Part shown: positions 41,465 to 52,237 of the stretch, piece after piece
Layout of the letters: the number at the start of each line of letters is the position of its first letter
Numbering within the stretch: the first letter of the stretch is position 1
Notes under the pieces: model-generated
The model's input: the letters and a program-made list of their open reading frames with translations, nothing else
Told to the model about the DNA's origin: nothing
The model's database searches: none
Assembly (NCBI GenBank): GCA_947632395.1
Contig: CANRPA010000004.1
Coordinates: 1-61,752, forward strand
Direction of reading: 5' to 3'
DNA from: an uncultured Bacilli bacterium
Lineage (GTDB): Bacteria > Bacillota_I > Bacilli_A > RF39 > UBA660
DNA length: 61,752 nt
Position numbers and translations under genes: made by a program

Positions 41465-42172
41465 TTATAGTTGTATTGCTGAATCTAATGCTAATTCAAT
41501 CATTTTATTAAATGAATTTTGTCTTTCTTCACTAGTTGTTTGTTCTTTAGTTACTAAACTATCTGATATAGTAATTAGACATGTTGCCTTTTTATTTAAA
41601 ATATTAGCATTGTGAAACAAAGCAAATGATTCCATTTCACATGCTAAACAATTATATTTTTCATTCAATTCTTTAAAATTATCATTATCTTTATAAAAAA
41701 CATCACTACTATGTATTGTTCCTGCAAATAATTTTATATTATTTTTTTTAGCAGTTTCAAGTATTATATTATTTAGTTCTGGATTACTACTTAAAATATG
41801 TCTTGTCTCACCATTTTGCGTTAATGCATAACTAGATTCTGAGTAGCTGTCTGTAACTAAAACTATATCATATAAATTTAAATCTTTAGTATATGCACCA
41901 GCAGAACCTATTCTAATTATGTTCTCTACATCATAAAATTTATATAATTCATATGAATATATTCCTATACTTGGCATACCCATACCACTTGCCATTATAG
42001 TTATTTCTTTATTTTTATATTTACCTGTATATGCATACATATTCCTTACTGTATTTACAAGGCGTACATCAGATAAATAAGTATCTGCTATAAACTTTGC
42101 TCTTAATGGATCTCCTGGCATTAATACAGTTTTTGCTATTTCACCCTTTTTAGCTTCATTATGTGGTGTCAT
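41465..42172 (-). CDS. deoD: Purine nucleoside phosphorylase
   Basis: MTPHNEA...VLMPGDPLRA, GMGMPSIGIY, EMES. Confidence 0.97.
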   Translation of the reverse strand: MTPHNEAKKGEIAKTVLMPGDPLRAKFIADTYLSDVRLVNTVRNMYAYTGKYKNKEITIMASGMGMPSIGIYSYELYKFYDVENIIRIGSAGAYTKDLNLYDIVLVTDSYSESSYALTQNGETRHILSSNPELNNIILETAKKNNIKLFAGTIHSSDVFYKDNDNFKELNEKYNCLACEMESFALFHNANILNKKATCLITISDSLVTKEQTTSEERQNSFNKMIELALDSAIQL

Positions 42173-42304
42173 AACATAATCACCTCTTATAAAGATTATA
42201 TCATATAAAGTATTAATTTACTAGCATGAAAAAAGAGATTATAACTAATTGAATAATCCCTTTAAATTTAATACTATTTTTTATAAATTATTATTCGTAT
42301 TTAT

Positions 42305-43696
42305 CTATTTTATACTAAATGTAGTACCTTCTCTTGTATCTTTAAGTATTATACCTTTTTCTTCTAGTTCTTTACGAACTAAATCTGCTTTATCATACTC
42401 TTTATTATTTTTGTAATTAGTTCTTTCTTCTATTTTTGAATTAATATAATTTATTAAATTTTCATCGAGTTTATCTTTTTTTAATAAATCTAAACTAAGT
42501 ACTTTATCAAAATCCTCTATTAAATAAAGTTTAGTATTATTATTTATGTCACTTTTTATAACATCATAAAGTACTGTAAGTGCATTAGCAGTATTAAGAT
42601 CATTTCCAAGTTCGCTTTTAAATTTATCTTGATATTCTTTTACTTTGATTTGATCTATAGTACTTTCATCTATTGCTATATTTTTTATTTTGTTTTTTAG
42701 TTTTTTATATGTAACTTCTGCTAAACTTAAATTATCATAAGAAAATACTAATTGTTTATGATAATGTGAATTTAAACAAAACAATCTATAACTAAGAGGA
42801 TTATATCCCTTAGATTCAAGTAAAGATACTGTTAGGAAATCTTCTTTAGATTTACTCATTTTTCCTGTTTCATCATTCAAATGCTCTGAATGAAACCAAA
42901 AATTGCACCATTTATGTCCTAGGAAACTTTCTGACTGCGCTATTTCATTTGTATGATGAGGGAATATATTGTCAACACCACCACAATGTATATCTAAATA
43001 TTCACCTAAATATTTAAGTGCTATACCAGAACATTCTATATGCCAACCTGGATAACCTACTCCCCAAGGTGAATCCCATTTAAGTTCTTGTGAATCAAAT
43101 TTAGATTTAGTAAACCATAATACAAAATCAGTTTTATTTTTTTTATTTTCATCTATTTCAACATCATCTCTTACAGCTTCTTTTAATGAGTCTTCTGTAT
43201 GATTTGTTAACAAATAATAATTGTCTAATTTTGATGTATCAAAATATACATTTCCACCTTTAAAATAAGCATAACCATCATTTTCTAATTTTTTAATTAT
43301 TTTTATATATTGATCTATTTCTTTTGTAGCAGGAACAACTATATCAGGCCATTTTATATTTAATTTAGCACAATCATTTTTAAATTCATTAGTATAATAT
43401 TCAGCTATTTCAAGTACTGATTTATGCTCCCTTTTAGCACCTTTGAGCATTTTATCTTCACCTGTATCAGAATCACTAGTTAAATGTCCTACATCTGTTA
43501 TATTCATACACCTATTTACTTTGTAACCTAAATAATTTAAACTTTTTTCTAATATATCTTCCATTATATAAGTTCTTAAATTTCCTATATGTGCATAATG
43601 ATACACAGTAGGTCCACAGGTATACATTGTTACATTTTCTTTATCTCTTGGTATAAACTCTTCTACTTTTTTTGTCAATGTATTATATATCTTCAT
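42305..43696 (-). CDS. cysS: Cysteine--tRNA ligase
   Basis: CGPTVY, HIGN, GWHIECS, KMSKS. Confidence 0.97.
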   Translation of the reverse strand: MKIYNTLTKKVEEFIPRDKENVTMYTCGPTVYHYAHIGNLRTYIMEDILEKSLNYLGYKVNRCMNITDVGHLTSDSDTGEDKMLKGAKREHKSVLEIAEYYTNEFKNDCAKLNIKWPDIVVPATKEIDQYIKIIKKLENDGYAYFKGGNVYFDTSKLDNYYLLTNHTEDSLKEAVRDDVEIDENKKNKTDFVLWFTKSKFDSQELKWDSPWGVGYPGWHIECSGIALKYLGEYLDIHCGGVDNIFPHHTNEIAQSESFLGHKWCNFWFHSEHLNDETGKMSKSKEDFLTVSLLESKGYNPLSYRLFCLNSHYHKQLVFSYDNLSLAEVTYKKLKNKIKNIAIDESTIDQIKVKEYQDKFKSELGNDLNTANALTVLYDVIKSDINNNTKLYLIEDFDKVLSLDLLKKDKLDENLINYINSKIEERTNYKNNKEYDKADLVRKELEEKGIILKDTREGTTFSIK

Positions 43697-43758
43697 TTTA
43701 TCACATCCCATATAATTATATCACAGTAAAAATAAAAATAGTATTATTCATACCATTT

Positions 43759-45306
43759 TTATTTAACTTTTGATGTATTTGATGTATTGTCTAAATCTTC
43801 AAAATCTACCTTTTCACATTCACCTGTTATTACATTTTGAATATGTTGCATAGATTCTTCTACATTACTTTCTGCTTGTTTAATGTAATCTTCCATATAC
43901 TTAACTTTAGGTAATTTTTCTAATGTATATTTAATAGTTTCATTATTTATTAATTGTACACTATCACTTACTTCTTGATAAGATATTGTATATTCTTTAT
44001 CTTTACCATCTTCACCTAAATATTTATAAGTAACTTTTTGTTTTAAAATATATTTATAAATATTTTGAAAATATGGATTATTAAATACATCTGTAAATTC
44101 AGAATCTTCTTTTATTGTATTTCTTGCCATTAAAGCATTATATTCTACAAAATTCATTGAAAGTATATCTATATTACCTGTACCTGTTTTAGCATATTCT
44201 TCAAGTAAAAGATCTGAAAGTACTATTAATTGATCTTGATTTTTAAAATTATATTCATTTATAGCATCTATAGCAAGTATAGTATCACTTATTTTAGAAG
44301 TTTCATATCCACCAAGTATTTCATTTTTATCTTTAGTTGATACTTTATCAGAGTTTAAATATTCAAGATTAATATAATTAATTAAATCTTTAGAATCTCC
44401 AGTTGATAATTTTATTTTATCACTTAATAAATCATTTGCGCTTGTATACTTATCTTCAAATGCAGTTTTAACATCTATAGCAGATTCTTCAGCCATTAAG
44501 TTATTTAATATTTGTAATTTTGTCATTATATATGCTTTACTGTTTTGATCATTAGTTCTCTTATCTAATTTTGAATATTTTTCTTCTGTTATATAATTTC
44601 TTGAGTAGTATGCGCTTACTCTTGCATATGCTGAAGAAAGAGCTCTTGATGCAAATGTTAAATCTCTAATTTCAAATTTATAATTATCTACAGTAATTGA
44701 ATCTTCTTCTACAAATAATTTATATATTTTTTCAAAATTTGAATCTATATTTTTGCCTTCTATAATTTCTTGTGTAATAGTTTCAAGAATTGTTAATATT
44801 TTTTTATCATCTTCACCTGTAACTAATCCATGCATTACAGCAATTGCCTTATTTGATATCATATAGTTTTCATATGCATCTATTAAAGTATTGAAATCAG
44901 AAATCATATTATTAGAATCTATTTTGCTTTTAAAATTAGATATAACATCTGCTTTTATTTTGCCATTTTCATCCTCTTTAGCTAATTCATCTAAATTTAT
45001 TATAAGTGAAGCATTAGTAACTATTTCATCATCCATATCATTAAATAAAACTTTAATTAATGAAACAGTGTTATCAACCATTGCTGATTCCTCTTTGTAT
45101 AAATTTGCACTTCCAACTTCTACATTAGAATCTGTACTATTTGAACTATCTGTACTATCTAAACTATTTACAATTTCTGAATCAGAATTTTGTTCACTCG
45201 TTTTTGAATCGCAACCGCTAAATAAACTAGTCAATGCAATGACAGCAGCTAGTGAAAGTGATTTAAATTTTTTACTATTTATTTTGTCTAAAATGAATTT
45301 TTTCAT
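43759..45306 (-). CDS. Orphan putative lipoprotein
   Basis: Start MKKFILDK at 45306 with GGGG RBS; FSG|C lipobox; TTGACA-17-TAGAAT promoter overlaps the longer track ORF. Confidence 0.78.
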   Translation of the reverse strand: MKKFILDKINSKKFKSLSLAAVIALTSLFSGCDSKTSEQNSDSEIVNSLDSTDSSNSTDSNVEVGSANLYKEESAMVDNTVSLIKVLFNDMDDEIVTNASLIINLDELAKEDENGKIKADVISNFKSKIDSNNMISDFNTLIDAYENYMISNKAIAVMHGLVTGEDDKKILTILETITQEIIEGKNIDSNFEKIYKLFVEEDSITVDNYKFEIRDLTFASRALSSAYARVSAYYSRNYITEEKYSKLDKRTNDQNSKAYIMTKLQILNNLMAEESAIDVKTAFEDKYTSANDLLSDKIKLSTGDSKDLINYINLEYLNSDKVSTKDKNEILGGYETSKISDTILAIDAINEYNFKNQDQLIVLSDLLLEEYAKTGTGNIDILSMNFVEYNALMARNTIKEDSEFTDVFNNPYFQNIYKYILKQKVTYKYLGEDGKDKEYTISYQEVSDSVQLINNETIKYTLEKLPKVKYMEDYIKQAESNVEESMQHIQNVITGECEKVDFEDLDNTSNTSKVK

Positions 45307-45415
45307 ATACATTCCCCCTCGATTTCCGTATATTCTAACACTTTTTTTTTGTTTTGTCAAATTAAAAAATAAAGTATCAATTATAATAATACTTTATTTA
45401 TTTTTTGACTATTTA

Positions 45416-47167
45416 TTAACTTGTTTTATTTTCTTCATTTATTAGTTTTATAAATTCATCTACTGATATGTTTATTGTATCTTCACTTTTAATTTTGCGA
45501 TAACTAATAGTGTTATCATCTACCTCTTTTTGTCCTAATATTAAAGTATATGGTACTTTTTTCATTACTGATTCTCTCATCTTATATCCCAATTTTTCAT
45601 CTCTATCATCTAATTGTACTCTAAATCCTTTGTTTTTTAATTCATTATAAATTTTTTCAGAATACTCTAAGTGATATTTATTGTTAACTGGTATTATATT
45701 TATTTGAACTGGAGATAACCAAAAAGGTAATATTCCTTTAGTTTCTTCTAAAATAAATGCAGTAAATCTATCAAATGTACCAAAAATTGCTCTATGAAGT
45801 ACTACCGGAGTTTGTTTAGATCCATCCTTATCAATATAAGTTAAACCAAATCTTCTTGGTAGTAAAAAATCTAATTGACAAGTAGATAGTGTTACCTCAG
45901 GTCCAACTGCAGGTTTAACTTCGACATCTAACTTAGGTCCATAAAATGCTGCCTCACCAATTGCCTCAAAATATTCTACTCCAAGTTCGTTTAATACTTC
46001 TCTTAGTTTTGATTCTGCTGAATCCCACATTTCATCATCATCAAAATATTTTTCTTTATCTTCAGGATCTCTTAATGATAATCTAAATTTATAGTCTTTG
46101 AGTCCAAAATCGTTATATACATCAAGTATCAATGAAACTACTTTTTTAAATTCTTCACCTATTTGATCAGGTCTCACAAAAAGGTGAGCATCATTTTGAC
46201 ACATACATCTAACTCTTTCAAGTCCTTTAACTGCTCCACTTGCTTCATATCTAAAATCAGTAGCAAATTCACCTATTCTTACAGGCAAATCACGATATGA
46301 GTGTAATTGATTTCCATAAACTAACATATGATGTGGACAATTCATTGGTCTTAAAACAAATTCTTCTTCATCTACCTTCATAGATGGAAACATATTTTCT
46401 TTATAATGATCCCAATGTCCTGAAGTCTTATATAAATCAACTGTTCCTACACATGGTGTATATACATGCATATATCCCATATTTTTTTCTTTTTCATATA
46501 TATAATTTTCAAGATTTTTTCTAATAATTGCACCATTTGGTAACCATAATGGCATTCCTTTACCAACTAAATCATGTGTCATAAATATGTCTAAATCTTT
46601 TCCAATTTTTCTATGATCTCTAAGTTTTGCCTCTTCTAAATATTCTAAATAATTATTTAAATCTTCTTCTTTTTCAAAACATACACCATATATTCTTTGA
46701 AGCATTTTATTTTTTGAATCGCCTTTCCAATATGCTCCACTAACCTTTAATAGTTTAAAATATTTCATTGATTTAGTAGTTGGCATATGAGGTCCCCTAC
46801 AAAGATCTATAAAATCATCTTGTTTATAGGCGCTTATTATAGTATCAGATTCATCCATTCTATTAATCAAATCTACTTTATATAAATCATCTTTAAACAT
46901 ATCTAATGCTTCAGCCTTAGATAGTTCTATTCTTTTTATTAATTTATCAGATTTAGATATTTTTTTCATTTCCTGTGCTATTATAGGTAAATCTTCTTCT
47001 GTGAGTACAGTATCACCTAAATCTATATCATAATAAAATCCACTCTCTATTACAGGTCCTACCCAAAATTTAGCATTTGGATATAAATGTTTAATGGCAT
47101 GAGCCATTAAATGAGCACAACTATGATTTAAAATATTTAATTTTTCATCTTCCTTAATATTAATCAT
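45416..47167 (-). CDS. thrS: Threonine--tRNA ligase lacking the N-terminal TGS domain
   Basis: HSCAH and DLCRGPH editing motifs, LRPMNCP, class II core, anticodon-binding domain. Confidence 0.98.
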   Translation of the reverse strand: MINIKEDEKLNILNHSCAHLMAHAIKHLYPNAKFWVGPVIESGFYYDIDLGDTVLTEEDLPIIAQEMKKISKSDKLIKRIELSKAEALDMFKDDLYKVDLINRMDESDTIISAYKQDDFIDLCRGPHMPTTKSMKYFKLLKVSGAYWKGDSKNKMLQRIYGVCFEKEEDLNNYLEYLEEAKLRDHRKIGKDLDIFMTHDLVGKGMPLWLPNGAIIRKNLENYIYEKEKNMGYMHVYTPCVGTVDLYKTSGHWDHYKENMFPSMKVDEEEFVLRPMNCPHHMLVYGNQLHSYRDLPVRIGEFATDFRYEASGAVKGLERVRCMCQNDAHLFVRPDQIGEEFKKVVSLILDVYNDFGLKDYKFRLSLRDPEDKEKYFDDDEMWDSAESKLREVLNELGVEYFEAIGEAAFYGPKLDVEVKPAVGPEVTLSTCQLDFLLPRRFGLTYIDKDGSKQTPVVLHRAIFGTFDRFTAFILEETKGILPFWLSPVQINIIPVNNKYHLEYSEKIYNELKNKGFRVQLDDRDEKLGYKMRESVMKKVPYTLILGQKEVDDNTISYRKIKSEDTINISVDEFIKLINEENKTS

Positions 47168-47687
47168 CTTCTTCTCTGCCTTTCATAATTAATTCTAATT
47201 TCTTATTTTTATATTTTTCAACTAAAGCTTCATCTTTTTTTTCTTTGAGTAAATCACGTACAATTCTATATCTAGAAAAATCCTTTATACTTTTATAATG
47301 TTTACATAGAATAGAAAGTTCATATCTACTTAAATTTTCACTTATTACTGCATCCTTAAAAGCTGAATTTTTACTTTTAATTTTACTTTTTATAACAGTT
47401 TCTTCATATTCATTTATTTCTGGTGTTATATAACACTGTAAATTTCCATATGAATCTATTATTAATACTGCACTGCCACTATATACTAAATCTTTATTTT
47501 TTAATATAGTATCTAAATTTAATCTTTCTAAATTTGGAAGAAGTATACAAATATCAGAGTGACTAATTTTTAGTTTATCCATTTTAATTCCAAAATATCT
47601 AATTAAAAATTTATTTATACTCATTCCATTATCTTCTTTTAATTTTTGTAATTCTCTTTTTAACTTTTTTAATTTAAATCGTTTCAT
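47160..47687 (-). CDS. Hypothetical basic protein between the T-box and thrS
   Basis: 175-aa ORF, AGGGG RBS, 8-nt overlap with the thrS start. Confidence 0.75.
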   Translation of the reverse strand: MKRFKLKKLKRELQKLKEDNGMSINKFLIRYFGIKMDKLKISHSDICILLPNLERLNLDTILKNKDLVYSGSAVLIIDSYGNLQCYITPEINEYEETVIKSKIKSKNSAFKDAVISENLSRYELSILCKHYKSIKDFSRYRIVRDLLKEKKDEALVEKYKNKKLELIMKGREEDD

Positions 47688-47704
47688 AAAATCCCCCTAT
47701 AAAA

Positions 47705-47900
47705 CACAAAAACGCCCCTTAATGTAAGGAGCGTATAAACGCGGTACCATCCTATTTTTTTGCTTAATTTAGATAACGCCAAAAGCGGAATATTTTTCAA
47801 TATCAGCTCATAGGTAGTAATTATTAAGATATTTATTAGATTTTCACCATCTCTAACTCTCTTTAAAATATTACTTAATAATGTTGTCCTAATCATCGCT
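47705..47900 (-). promoter_or_regulatory. T-box riboswitch (Thr)
   Basis: AGAGA...GGTGAAA stem I elements, candidate specifier ACC, T-box AGGATGGTACCGCG, terminator ACGCTCCTT/AAGGGGCGT-TTTT. Confidence 0.9.
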
Positions 47901-47936
47901 TTTCTCTATTTTAACATACTTTTTATAATTTTAAAA

Positions 47937-49670
47937 CTAATTTCCCTTTGAACTATATAAATTTAAAATTTTATTATATATTCCAGGCTCTATTTTATTT
48001 AAAACATTGACAGTATTTTCAAATGATTTTTTATATTCACCTTTATAGAATAATTGTTCTGACATATTTAAATAATTATTTAAATCTTCAAAACTACTTC
48101 TATATCTATTACCATATATTATTGCTTTTTCTGCAAACATGGCATTCTTCATCATCTCTTTAGTTTTAGTATATAATTTTAAAACTAAATCTCTTGCCGT
48201 ATCTACTCTTGTATTTAAAACTTCAATTGTTATTGGTTTTTTATCAAGTTCTTTTACTATTTCCTTAATAGCATTCTTTGCTTCTTTTAATTCAACATAA
48301 TATGTATCTGGTATAACTGGTAAATTGTATTCTCTTATTTTTGATTTAGAATTTTTTAATATCATCTTGATTTCTTCTAATTGTTCTCTTGCACGTAATT
48401 CATCATCATGCATATTACCAATAGCATTTAATGTTTGATCTAATTCTTCATCAATATGTGATAAATTATTTATTAAAACATCTAATTCTATCACTAATTT
48501 AGAATATGCGAATGTTTCATTAAATTCAGTATGATCACATAATACTTTATAATTAGTATTTAATTCATCTAATTCACTTTTAAGTTTATACAATACTTGT
48601 ATATCTTTATCTTTTAAATTATATACATTTTTAAGTTCATCTAATTTAGAAAACATATCATTTACTATACTATTAGTCTTCTTAAGTTTAGTACTAAATG
48701 CAAGTAGTTTTTCTTTATATTCTTTTCTACTTACCTTTTCCTTTTCAAAATCATTAAATATTGAATCAAAATAATCAAGTAAAACTTTTAATTCTAATAA
48801 ACTTTGATTCATATCTAATTTTCTAGTTCTATCTTTTATATCCTCTATTTTTAGATTTGCTTCTTTAATATTATATTCTATATTTAAGTATCCAAGAGGA
48901 TATTTTTCCTCAATCATTTTATCATATGTTTCTTTTATTTCTTTAATTCTAATTGGAAGTACATTAGTTGTCATAAGTACTATTGATGGTATTTCATCAA
49001 TAACTACATTCATATGATTTAATAATTCATCTATTCCATTTAATATTTTATCTACTTCAGTATATTCATTATTATCAATTACATTTTCAAATTGTTCAAA
49101 TTGATTAGCAATCAATTCAAATTGATTATTTACAATGCTTTCATATTCGCCATATTCTGATTTAGAATCAACAAATTTTTGATATAACGTTCTATATCTT
49201 GCTTTATAACCTGTAATTATAGTACGTCCTCTCTCTTCACTAGATGTTAAACTTTTAATTTCATTATACAAAAATTGTGAATTTGTACGTACTTTGTAAA
49301 GTTCCATTTCTAATTTTGCTACCTTATAGGTAGTGCTTTTATAATCCCTTTGTGATAATGAGTATTCTGCATCTAATATCATATCAGATAGCTTTGGAAT
49401 TTGTACTTCTTTAATTTGATTTAACCTATTACTCCACTCATTATAAAGTTCTTTCAATTTTTCATTATTTAAAAATGATTCTACTTTAGCAAGTTCTGGA
49501 ATTATCGGAGATGTAGCAAGTTCATTTTTTTCTATTTCAAGTTTTTCTAGTTTTGCTTTTACTTTTTTATATTTTTTACCTTGAATAAAATATAAAACTC
49601 CTATAATTAATACAACACACAATACAAATAGTGTGACTATAATAAGTGTTATATTGTCCATACAAATCAC
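47937..49670 (-). CDS. ezrA: Septation ring formation regulator EzrA
   Basis: N-terminal TM, long spectrin-like coiled coil, C-terminal YGNRYR patch. Confidence 0.93.
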   Translation of the reverse strand: MICMDNITLIIVTLFVLCVVLIIGVLYFIQGKKYKKVKAKLEKLEIEKNELATSPIIPELAKVESFLNNEKLKELYNEWSNRLNQIKEVQIPKLSDMILDAEYSLSQRDYKSTTYKVAKLEMELYKVRTNSQFLYNEIKSLTSSEERGRTIITGYKARYRTLYQKFVDSKSEYGEYESIVNNQFELIANQFEQFENVIDNNEYTEVDKILNGIDELLNHMNVVIDEIPSIVLMTTNVLPIRIKEIKETYDKMIEEKYPLGYLNIEYNIKEANLKIEDIKDRTRKLDMNQSLLELKVLLDYFDSIFNDFEKEKVSRKEYKEKLLAFSTKLKKTNSIVNDMFSKLDELKNVYNLKDKDIQVLYKLKSELDELNTNYKVLCDHTEFNETFAYSKLVIELDVLINNLSHIDEELDQTLNAIGNMHDDELRAREQLEEIKMILKNSKSKIREYNLPVIPDTYYVELKEAKNAIKEIVKELDKKPITIEVLNTRVDTARDLVLKLYTKTKEMMKNAMFAEKAIIYGNRYRSSFEDLNNYLNMSEQLFYKGEYKKSFENTVNVLNKIEPGIYNKILNLYSSKGN

Positions 49671-49786
49671 CTGTATTAATTATATCATTGTTTTTAGATT
49701 TCGACAATATTTTTGACTAAAAAAATCAAGTATAAATTTCACAATTATATAAAAAAAATATAGTAAAGTTTTGTTATACTATATTT

Positions 49787-52138
49787 TTATTCTTTTATAT
49801 TTCCTAGTTGTACTACAAGTTTAGAATTTTTGTCTATTTTTTCATCAGGTAAAATACTTTGTTTTATTACATATCCAAAACCTTCAAATGAACATTCAAT
49901 TCCCATAAACTCACATAATTTTATTACATCATATCTAGACCAATTAGTTATATCTGGCATTATAAAATTAGTACTATTTGTAAGTAAATATATTTTATCA
50001 TTTTCTACCATATTTGAGTTTTTATTTGGATATTGCTTTATTACTTTATCTCCATCACCTATAACTACTACATTCATATTTTTATCAGTTAACTCTTTTG
50101 TTGCTTCGTCAATGTTTTTATTTATGTATGATTTCATATATTCAATATCTTGCTCATTATCAATTTCCATTGTCATTTCTCTATATTTAGAAATATTTTT
50201 AACTAGTTCCTGAATTCTATTATTAAGTACAACACTTGAATTATGATCTGGTTGTTTTACCGCTGCATATATAATTATTTCTGGATCATCTTTTGGATAC
50301 ATAAGTGCGAGTGAAATTATATAATCATTAGGGCCAGTTAAATATCTACCATTTTCTGAAATTTGTGCTGTACCTGTTTTACCTATTAAATCGTAACCTT
50401 CTAAGTAATACATTCTTCCTGTTCCACTATCATCTGCTATAACACTTTCCATTAAATCTTTTATTTTTGAGATAGTACTATCACTTACTAATTTTTCACT
50501 TTTTTGTACTTCTGTTACTATTTCAGTATTTGTCTGTTTATCTACCATTTTTTCAATTATGTGTGGACTAACCATAACACCATTATTAGCAATAATAGTG
50601 AGTGCTTGAAGTTGTTGAATTGCAGTAGTAGATATACCTTGTCCATATCCTGCAGACATTGTTTCTGTCTCATATTTAAATGAAATATCACCACTATATT
50701 CATTTGATAATTCTATACCTGTCTTTTTATTAAATCCATATTTTTCAAAGCAATCTTTAAGTTGTTTTCTTGATAAATAATCATTTATTATATTTATAGC
50801 ACCTACATTAGATGAATATTTAAATCCTGTATCATATGATATATATCCCCATCCTTGTACTTGCCAGTCATGCATGACTGTTCCATCACTAAATGCGTAT
50901 GAACCACTCTTAAATGTTTTTTCTCCATCATAGTTTCCAGTTTCAAGAGCACACATATAAGTATATATTTTCATAACACTTCCAGGCTCATATGAATAAG
51001 ATACAAGTGGATTATTATATTCCATATTACTTGGTAAACTATTTGGATTATATGATGGACTTGTTGCACTCGCAAGTATTGCGCCACTTTTGGCATCCAT
51101 TACCGATATTATAGTCCATTCAGGTGAATATTCATCACTTATAGTTTTTACCTCATCTTCAGCAAATCTTTGTATACTAGAATCAAGTGTTAAATAAATA
51201 TCATAACCATCTTGTGCTTCTACTCTTTCTTCTGGTGTATCAGGTATTTTATATCCATATTTATCTCTTTGATATTTTATATATCCATCAACACCTTGTA
51301 ATTTGTCATCATATTTGTCTTCTATTCCAAGTTCACCTACTATAGTACTATCAAGTGTTTTATAATTATCACCCTTAGTAACATTTATAACTATAGTATC
51401 AAGTGGATCTTTATTTGTCTTTATTGAAAGTATACTAGTTCCAACCTTCAATCCTGTTACTTTTTTATCACTTACCTGTGCGACTTCTTCATTAGTTAAA
51501 GTAAGAGTTACATTTTCATAATTTTCAAAATATGAACTGTAATAATTATATAAATCGTAAGTTTCTCCTACTTTAATATTTATTCTAGTATATTGTTTTG
51601 AATAACCTAATATATAAGATGCAAAATTCCCATTTGGATAATATCTTTTTACTGTTTCAGTAAACGATATTCCTGGTAAATTGAGTGCTTCTATCGCAAG
51701 TTTAGTAAGTTCTGTTAAATTTTTTCCTACAGTGCCAAATTCAACTTGTTTTGAGTGTTTATTTAACCTTTCTAATATATAATCATAGTTTTCTTCACCT
51801 AAAACACTTGCAAGTTTTGTTGCAGTATATTCTTTATCGACTACATGTTGTGGATTATTTTCGTTTACTGTTCTTGATGAATCTAAATATGCGATGAGTG
51901 TATACGTAGAAATATTTTGGGCAAGAATTTCCCCTTCTTTATCATATATTGTTCCTCTTTTTGCTGTTAATATAGATGTTACTGTATTTCTACTTTGAGC
52001 AAACTCTTTCATGTTTATTCCATATACATTTTTTGATAAACTTAAATAACAAAATTGTATAAATAAAAGAATTAAACATAATGTAAAAAAACAAAAATAT
52101 ATTAATGGCATATTATATTTTCTTACCTTTAGTTTCAT
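49787..52138 (-). CDS. Class B penicillin-binding protein (PBP2B/2x-like) with two PASTA domains and an Ig-like insert
   Basis: RGTIYD, RYYPNG, SVMK, SSN, KTGT. Confidence 0.95.
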   Translation of the reverse strand: MKLKVRKYNMPLIYFCFFTLCLILLFIQFCYLSLSKNVYGINMKEFAQSRNTVTSILTAKRGTIYDKEGEILAQNISTYTLIAYLDSSRTVNENNPQHVVDKEYTATKLASVLGEENYDYILERLNKHSKQVEFGTVGKNLTELTKLAIEALNLPGISFTETVKRYYPNGNFASYILGYSKQYTRINIKVGETYDLYNYYSSYFENYENVTLTLTNEEVAQVSDKKVTGLKVGTSILSIKTNKDPLDTIVINVTKGDNYKTLDSTIVGELGIEDKYDDKLQGVDGYIKYQRDKYGYKIPDTPEERVEAQDGYDIYLTLDSSIQRFAEDEVKTISDEYSPEWTIISVMDAKSGAILASATSPSYNPNSLPSNMEYNNPLVSYSYEPGSVMKIYTYMCALETGNYDGEKTFKSGSYAFSDGTVMHDWQVQGWGYISYDTGFKYSSNVGAINIINDYLSRKQLKDCFEKYGFNKKTGIELSNEYSGDISFKYETETMSAGYGQGISTTAIQQLQALTIIANNGVMVSPHIIEKMVDKQTNTEIVTEVQKSEKLVSDSTISKIKDLMESVIADDSGTGRMYYLEGYDLIGKTGTAQISENGRYLTGPNDYIISLALMYPKDDPEIIIYAAVKQPDHNSSVVLNNRIQELVKNISKYREMTMEIDNEQDIEYMKSYINKNIDEATKELTDKNMNVVVIGDGDKVIKQYPNKNSNMVENDKIYLLTNSTNFIMPDITNWSRYDVIKLCEFMGIECSFEGFGYVIKQSILPDEKIDKNSKLVVQLGNIKE

Positions 52139-52237
52139 ATCCTCACCATATCAATTATATCATGAAAAGAAAAAAAAGATAATATAATTTATCTTTTTTA
52201 TTGCCTTTTTCGTAGTCTATATGTGGCAACATTAATA

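Noticed and set aside
47684-47896. 70-aa ORF in the track
   Set aside because: It coincides with the T-box leader and terminator, so the sequence is explained by RNA structure.
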